From an uncultured Thermoleophilia bacterium (lineage in GTDB: Bacteria > Actinomycetota > Thermoleophilia > RBG-16-64-13), in assembly GCA_963772095.1 (NCBI GenBank), contig CAVYVU010000017.1, positions 31,402 through 95,401 on the forward strand: DNA of 64,000 bases, given 5' to 3'. This document shows, in pieces, positions 58,781 through 64,000 of this stretch. Position 1 is the stretch's first letter. Every line of letters begins with the position of its first letter. Under the pieces are notes generated by a model. That model was not told where the DNA came from and did no database searches. It worked only from the letters and a program-made list of their open reading frames with translations. A program made the position numbers and the translations under genes.

Positions 58781-59676
58781 AACTGGATCTCCTCAAATCT
58801 TTCTTGGCCGTGGCGGAGGCACGTAGCTTCAGCCGGGCCGCACGAACCATGCACTCCACTCAGCCTACGCTCAGCCGTCAGGTCGCCCGCCTCGAGACAG
58901 AGCTCGGCACCCCGCTGTTCGAGCGGTACGGAAGACACGTGGAGTGCACCGCCAGTGGGCAGCTGCTGCTCCCGCTGGCCCAGGCGATCGTCACCCGCAC
59001 CGACGAGGCCGTCAGTCTCATCCGTGAGCAGGCCAGAGCTGGTCCGAGTACCGTACGGTTCGGCGCTGTTGGAAACGTCTTTGCCCTCCTGCTGACTCCG
59101 ATCCTGGTCTCTTTCCTCGCGGCCAATCCGAGCGTGAGCGTCGAGCTCATCGAGAAGGACGACGCGCAGCTGGAAGAAGCCGTCATCTCCGGAGAACTGG
59201 ATTGCGCCGTCATGACGCCCTGGCGGTCGACTCGAACCGCCAGTCAATTCTTGGTCGCGGAGGAGATACTTCTGGTGGTCCCCCGCGATCACCCGCTGGC
59301 GAGCCATTCGGCGGTCGCCTTTCGCATGCTTGCGAACGAATCGATACTTCTTCCCCGAGCCACTATGAACGCGGGCAACATAGTGGCTGATGCCCTGCGC
59401 CGGGCCGGCTTCGAACCCAGGTTATCCTATCGAGCGAACTACCCAGAATTGACCAAAGCCTTTGTCAGAAAGGGTCTGGGCGTGGCGCCGATGCCAAAGA
59501 TGCTGGTCTCCCCCGAGACTCTCGAGGGGCTCGTGGCCATTCCTTTCCAGGAACCACTGACCCGCGATCTCGACCTCATCTATCCGCGAGACCGCCCGCT
59601 GCCGGCGGCGGCGCGAGCCCTTATGGTGCACGTCCGGGCCGGTGTTTCTAGTCGTGGGGGAAGCGACCAGGCTTAG
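58777..59676 (+). CDS. LysR-family transcriptional regulator
   Basis: MELDLLKSFLAVAEARSFSRAARTMHSTQPTLSRQVARLE HTH plus LysR substrate-binding domain; divergent from etfB. Confidence 0.85.
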   Translation: MELDLLKSFLAVAEARSFSRAARTMHSTQPTLSRQVARLETELGTPLFERYGRHVECTASGQLLLPLAQAIVTRTDEAVSLIREQARAGPSTVRFGAVGNVFALLLTPILVSFLAANPSVSVELIEKDDAQLEEAVISGELDCAVMTPWRSTRTASQFLVAEEILLVVPRDHPLASHSAVAFRMLANESILLPRATMNAGNIVADALRRAGFEPRLSYRANYPELTKAFVRKGLGVAPMPKMLVSPETLEGLVAIPFQEPLTRDLDLIYPRDRPLPAAARALMVHVRAGVSSRGGSDQA

Positions 59677-59725
59677 GACTTCAGCGCGGCCTGCCACGCT
59701 AGCTTGCTCGCCGATGCCTCCTTCT

Positions 59726-59815
59726 CATCTATACGTCGTCGTAATACTTTGCGCCCGCCATGAAAAGTTGCGTCGAATAGCGGGCCTCGCCTCTCTGTCG
59801 GATTATCATGTAGCG
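59726..59815. promoter_or_regulatory. right (inverted) copy of the roughly 90-bp element, 107 bp upstream of the acyl-CoA dehydrogenase gene
   Basis: CATCTATACGTCGTCGTAATACTTTGCGCCCGCCATGAAAAGTT... matches the reverse complement of 58691..58780; dyad preserved as TACG-TCGT-CGTA. Confidence 0.6.
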
Positions 59816-59921
59816 AACCCAAGCTCCGGGCACCGCGCGTGGCGTGAGAAAAGGGAGCCGGCGGCGGTTCCGGGGGTCGACATGAGCGGCATACGAATGG
59901 GCATGAGCAGGAGGTGCACCT

Positions 59922-61145
59922 TTGGACTTCAGATTGACTGACGAACAGGAAATGACGCGCGACATGGTTCGCGAGTTTGCGCAAGAAGAAGTGAAGACAG
60001 TCGCGATGGAACTCGACGCGAAGAAGGACCCGAAAGACTGCATCCCGTGGGATCTGATCAAGAAGGCCTCCAAGTTGGGCCTCAGAACGGCCGCGATCCC
60101 CGAGAAGTTCGGGGGCGAGGGAGCGGACTATCTCACGCTGGCGCTCATACTCGAGGAGCTCGGGGCTGCCGACCAGGGCTTCGCCAGCATCATCAGAGGC
60201 TGCTATACCGAGTCTCCCAGGCTGATAGCGGAACTGAGTGACGAACAACGGGACGAGTGGCTGCCGAAGTTCCTCGCGGACGACCTGTTCCTACTGGGAC
60301 TGGCCCGCACGGAGCCGGATGCAGGGACCGATTCTCACTACCTCTATGATGAGCCCGGGGCCTCGATACGCACGTTTGCCGAAAAACGGGGCGACGAGTA
60401 CGTCATCAACGGGAGCAAGCATTTCATATCGAGCGGCGGAGTAGCCAAGCTCTATTTCCTCTACGCGAGAACGGACAAGAAGGGACCGATTTCCACGAGT
60501 CTGAGCCTGTTCCTCATGCCTCACGACGCCCCCGGTTTCTCCATAGGCAGATTCCACAACAAGCTGGGAAGAAGGCTGCTTCCCAACGCCGAGTTGGTGT
60601 TCGAGGATGCCCGCATCCCAGCCCGAAATCTGATCGGGGAAGAGGGAGACGCCTGGGGATCCGAGGGTGAAGGTGGAGGAGGGCCACAGAAGGACTGGAC
60701 AAAGACGGGCGCCGGGGCGGCGCCGCCTTTCGGACTTCTCGGCGCCGCCGTGAATCTGGGAACCGTCCGTGCGTGTTACGAAGAGGCCCTGAATTATTCA
60801 CGGAACCGGTTCCAGGGCGGGAAGAAGATAATCGAGCACCAGCATGTCGCTATCAAGCTCGCCCAGATGAAGGTGCAGATCGAGGCAGCCAGGGCGCTCC
60901 TCTGGAAATCTGCCTGGTCCTGGGAAACCAAATACGACTACGATCCCAAGATGGGGATGTTGCTCAAAGCCTATATCGACGAGATGGGCTTGAGTGTGGC
61001 GAACCACGCGGTGGGCATCTTCGGCGGTCTCGGTACCGCGGACGACGACGTACTGATCCAGAAGCTGCTGAGGGACGTTTACACGTTCCTTCATGGATTT
61101 GCCACGACGGATGTTGCCCTGATGATAGGCGCGCCGAGTGCCTAG
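59922..61145 (+). CDS. acyl-CoA dehydrogenase family protein (atypical: Gly-rich insertion; no canonical YEGT catalytic-Glu motif)
   Basis: ACAD fold motifs (LGLRTAAIPEKFGG, RTFAEKRGDEYVINGSKHFISSG); TTG start 7 nt after AGGAGG; lower GC than the left half of the window. Confidence 0.8.
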   Translation: MDFRLTDEQEMTRDMVREFAQEEVKTVAMELDAKKDPKDCIPWDLIKKASKLGLRTAAIPEKFGGEGADYLTLALILEELGAADQGFASIIRGCYTESPRLIAELSDEQRDEWLPKFLADDLFLLGLARTEPDAGTDSHYLYDEPGASIRTFAEKRGDEYVINGSKHFISSGGVAKLYFLYARTDKKGPISTSLSLFLMPHDAPGFSIGRFHNKLGRRLLPNAELVFEDARIPARNLIGEEGDAWGSEGEGGGGPQKDWTKTGAGAAPPFGLLGAAVNLGTVRACYEEALNYSRNRFQGGKKIIEHQHVAIKLAQMKVQIEAARALLWKSAWSWETKYDYDPKMGMLLKAYIDEMGLSVANHAVGIFGGLGTADDDVLIQKLLRDVYTFLHGFATTDVALMIGAPSA

Positions 61146-63663
61146 CGGCGCCGAACAGATCTTTGTCAACTGCACGAACGGCGGCCCCATCCGCGTCCAC
61201 GTACAGGATGGACGGATCACCAGGGTGCGGCCCCTGGTCTTCGACGATACGGATGCCGCCTCCTGGAAACTCGAAGTGGATGGCGAGGAATACACCCCGC
61301 TCAGAAAAGCCTGTGTCGCCCCCTTCGCTTTGACCGAAAGAGCCCGGGTCTATTCGGAAGATAGGATCCTCTATCCCATGAAGCGGGTGGATTTCGATCC
61401 CAAGGGCGAGAGGAACCCCCAAAACAGAGGCAGATCCGGATACGTGAGGATCGGCTGGGACGAAGCGCTGGAGATCGTTTCCAGTGAAATGAAGCGGATC
61501 CGCGCCGACTACGGGCCCGAAGCCATCATGTCCCGGGCCGGTTCTCATCACAACTGGGGCAACCTGGGTTATCGCACGGGCGCGTGGTCACGATTCTTCA
61601 ATCTGATCGGATTCACCGATATCTTCGACAATCCGGACAGCTGGGAAGGCTGGCATTGGGGCGCCACCCACGCCTGGGGTTTCTATCTGGAGACTGGGCA
61701 ATCCCGAGCATTACGACATGCTCGAGGACGCCCTCAGGCACACCGAGTTGATCATCCACTGGGGCAACGATCCCGATTCCACCCACGGCATCTATGGCGG
61801 GAACGAGTCCGCCCTGTGGCGTCTCTGGCTCAAGAAGCAGGGCAAGAAGCAGATCATCATCGACCCCTTCTTACAACTACACGGGTGCCGCCGTGGGCGA
61901 CAAATGGATCGCCTACCGACCGGGCACGACCGCGGCGATGGCCATGGCCATCGCCTACGTGTGGCTGACAGGAAGGCACCTACGACAAGGAGTACGTGGC
62001 CGCCCGCACCGTCGGTTTCGAGGAGTTCAAGAAGCACGTCCTGGGCGAGGACGACGGCGTTCCGAAGACGCCCGGCTGGGCCGGCGGAGATAACCGGTGT
62101 TCCTCCACGAGGACGATCACGGCCCTGGCCCGGGAATGGGCGTCGAAAAGGACCGCCTTGGCCGGCGGGACCAAAGGCGGGGAAGGCGGCTATTGCAGGC
62201 AGGCATACGCCACAGAATCGGCCAGATTGCTGGTCTTGCTGCAGGCCATGCAGGGACTGGGCAAACCGGGCGTGAGCATCTGGGGAACCGCCAACGGACC
62301 GCCGTACAACGCCACGCTCGATTTCCCGGGCTACGCGTCCGGGCGGATTCAACCTGATAGCCGAGAAACCGGCCGTGAACCCCGTGAACCAGCGGGTGTA
62401 TCGGCTGACGGCTCCGGAAGCCATCCTCAGCCCTCCGCTCGAGCTGGATCGGCGAGGGCTTCTGCGGCAACTCACTGGAGCAGCAGTTCATCCCGCACAC
62501 CTATCCGCTTCCCGGCTGTTCCGAGGTGAAGATGTTCTACCGTTACGGCGGCGCTTTCCTGGCCACGATGACGGACACCAATCGATGGGTGAGGATGTAT
62601 CAGAGTCCCAAGCTGGAGTTCGTGGTCAACCAGGACTGCTGGTGGTGCACGGAGACCAGATTGGCGGACATCATCCTTCCGGCCTGCACCAACCTCGAGC
62701 GCAACGACATCAGCGAGTGGGCCAGTTCCGGCGGCTATTCCCTGCACGCTTCCGGCAGCTGCAACCATCGGGTCATCGTCTACCAGCAGAAATGCGTCGA
62801 GCCGGTGGGCGAATCGAAGCCCGACTACGACATCTTTTGCGAGCTGGCCGAGAGACTGGGAGTGGAGGAGGAGTTCACCGAAGGCAATACCTTCGAGCAG
62901 TGGATCGAGAAGATGTTCAACTGGCTCCGATCTGCCCAAGTACATCTCGTATCGAGGAGTTCAAGAAGAAGGGATACTTCGTGGTCCCGCAACTGGAGGA
63001 CTACAAATCGACGCCCGGCTTTGCGCTGGTTCTACGAAGGAAGGCCCTGCGACACTCCCGACACCTCTAATCCGAAGAGGGATACCGAAAAGAGCCGGGA
63101 GCTGGGGACGTACAGCGGGAAGATCGAGTTCGTCTCCCAGAGCTTACTCGCTCATACTGCCCGACGACGACGAGCGGCCGCCGTTGCCGCGCTACATCCC
63201 GAGCTGGGAAGGGCACACCTCGGAACTGGCCGGAGAAGTACCCCCTTCAGCTCATCTCGCCCCACCCCAGGTTCTCGTTCCACACTCAGCACGACAACCA
63301 CGTGCCGTGGCTGTCCGAGATCCCCGGTCACCGGGTGATCAAAGACGGCTACGCCTGGCAGGTCGTCCGCCTCCACCCCGTGGACGCGGAGGCGCGGGGC
63401 ATCAGGCACGGCGACATCGTCAAGCTTTACAACGACCGGGCCTCGGTGCTTGGGCATTGCGCAGATCACCGAGAGGGTGCGTCCCGGTGTGGTCCATTCA
63501 TGCGAGGGATCGTCCAGATACGATCCGCTGGAGCCCGGCAAGGCCGGCAGCACGGATAGGGGCGGCTGCGTAAACCTGCTGACGCCCTCGCGTATGCTGT
63601 CAAAGAATGTGCCGGGTATGGCGCCAAACTCGTGTCTGATAGAAATCGAAAAATGGGAAACAT
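61138..63663 (+). pseudogene. DMSO-reductase-family molybdopterin oxidoreductase catalytic subunit lacking an N-terminal Fe-S motif (pyrogallol-hydroxytransferase-like), broken by at least 6 frameshifts
   Basis: consecutive overlapping ORFs 61138..61968, 61718..62275, 61794..62093, 61996..62529, 62526..63338, 63302..63559 and 63450..63665 each carry contiguous pieces of one molybdoenzyme (IFVNCTNGGPIRVHVQDGRITRVRP N-terminus, IIHWGNDP, YNYTGAAVGDKWIAYRPGTTAAMAMAIAYVW, VVNQDCWWCTETRLADIILPACTNLER, IPGHRVIKDGYAWQVVRLHPVDAEARGIRHGDIVKLYNDRASVLG). Confidence 0.7.
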
Positions 63664-63691
63664 GATCCTAGCCGGTTGAGGTCTGGTTTAT

Positions 63692-64000
63692 ATGGCTCGA
63701 TATGGCCTAGTGGTGGACATAACTAAGTGCAATGGCTGCTACAACTGCTTCCTAGCCTGTAAGGATGAGTATTGCGGCAATGATCACCCTCCTTATTCCG
63801 CGGCCCAGCCCATGACCGGGCAGTTCTGGATGAGGATCGGGGAAAAGGAGAGAGGAAGGTATCCGAAGGTCAAGGTCGCCTATACGGCCGTTCCGTGCAT
63901 GCACTGCGAGAAGCCGCCCTGCGTCGATGCCGGGCGCGAGGATGGTGCTGTGTATCGGAGAGAGCGATGGCATCGTCCTGATCGACCCAGTAAAGGCCGC
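63692..64000 (+). CDS. 4Fe-4S ferredoxin-type electron-transfer (beta) subunit of the molybdoenzyme; partial (runs off the window) and frameshifted near 63950
   Basis: MARYGLVVDITKCNGCYNCFLACKDEYCGN ... VPCMHCEKPPCVDA; then ESDGIVLIDPVKA continues in another frame; absent from the ORF track because no stop lies within the window. Confidence 0.65.
   Translation, partial: MARYGLVVDITKCNGCYNCFLACKDEYCGNDHPPYSAAQPMTGQFWMRIGEKERGRYPKVKVAYTAVPCMHCEKPPCVDAGREDGAVYRRERWHRPDRPSKGR

Noticed and set aside
58691-59815. Inverted repeats flanking lysR interpreted as a composite transposon or MITE
   Set aside because: No transposase, integrase or target-site duplication is visible. The repeat contains the lysR start codon and a LysR-type dyad, and it places the same element upstream of two functionally linked transcription units. 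A duplicated operator is the more parsimonious reading. It is kept as a finding, with this alternative noted.

Overview
High-GC (roughly 65 percent, with a lower-GC right end near 59.9-64 kb) bacterial chromosomal segment, gene-dense, with many ATGA-type start/stop overlaps. Encoded functions point to an anaerobic or facultative soil or sediment organism. Main genes: a purine/creatinine-related block (adenine deaminase, creatininase, C-N hydrolase, Cys-rich DUF2284 protein, MFS transporter); a giant cyclic beta-1,2-glucan synthase (Cgs/NdvB/ChvB family, intact 2557-aa N-terminal ORF); rubredoxin; a run of minus-strand genes (AhpD/CMD-family, HIBADH-like, CocE/NonD hydrolase, LarA-like protein, DMT exporter, xanthine-dehydrogenase-family Mo subunit, M24 peptidase, a 582-aa unknown protein, phosphoglucomutase, EcsC-family and PLD-family proteins, aldo/keto reductase, a membrane PAS-GGDEF-EAL sensor, a WG-repeat lipoprotein and an S1 protease); a Ku-LigD NHEJ pair; an RRM RNA-binding protein; a frameshifted GH3 lipoprotein; a cluster of LarA-like protein 2, MoaD-like protein, tungsten-type aldehyde:ferredoxin oxidoreductase, PanE-family reductase, TPP-dependent decarboxylase-family enzyme, ABC substrate-binding protein and an IclR regulator; Fe-ADH; an EtfB-EtfA-EtfD module divergent from a LysR regulator, followed by an acyl-CoA dehydrogenase; and a DMSO-reductase-family molybdoenzyme with its 4Fe-4S subunit running off the window end. 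No rRNA, tRNA, CRISPR, transposase or integrase was found. The dominant global signal is at least 25 frameshifts clustered in about 12 genes, while an adjacent 7.6-kb ORF is intact. Conserved motifs survive in every frame fragment, which favours localized indel errors or very recent lesions over ancient decay. The observations most worth follow-up are: a roughly 90-bp promoter/operator element present as an inverted pair flanking lysR; a candidate anaerobic 2-hydroxyacid/2-oxoacid pathway; an NreB-like Cys cluster inside a PAS domain of the c-di-GMP protein; perfect palindromes in two intergenic regions; and a truncated-XDH/PP2C-remnant junction.
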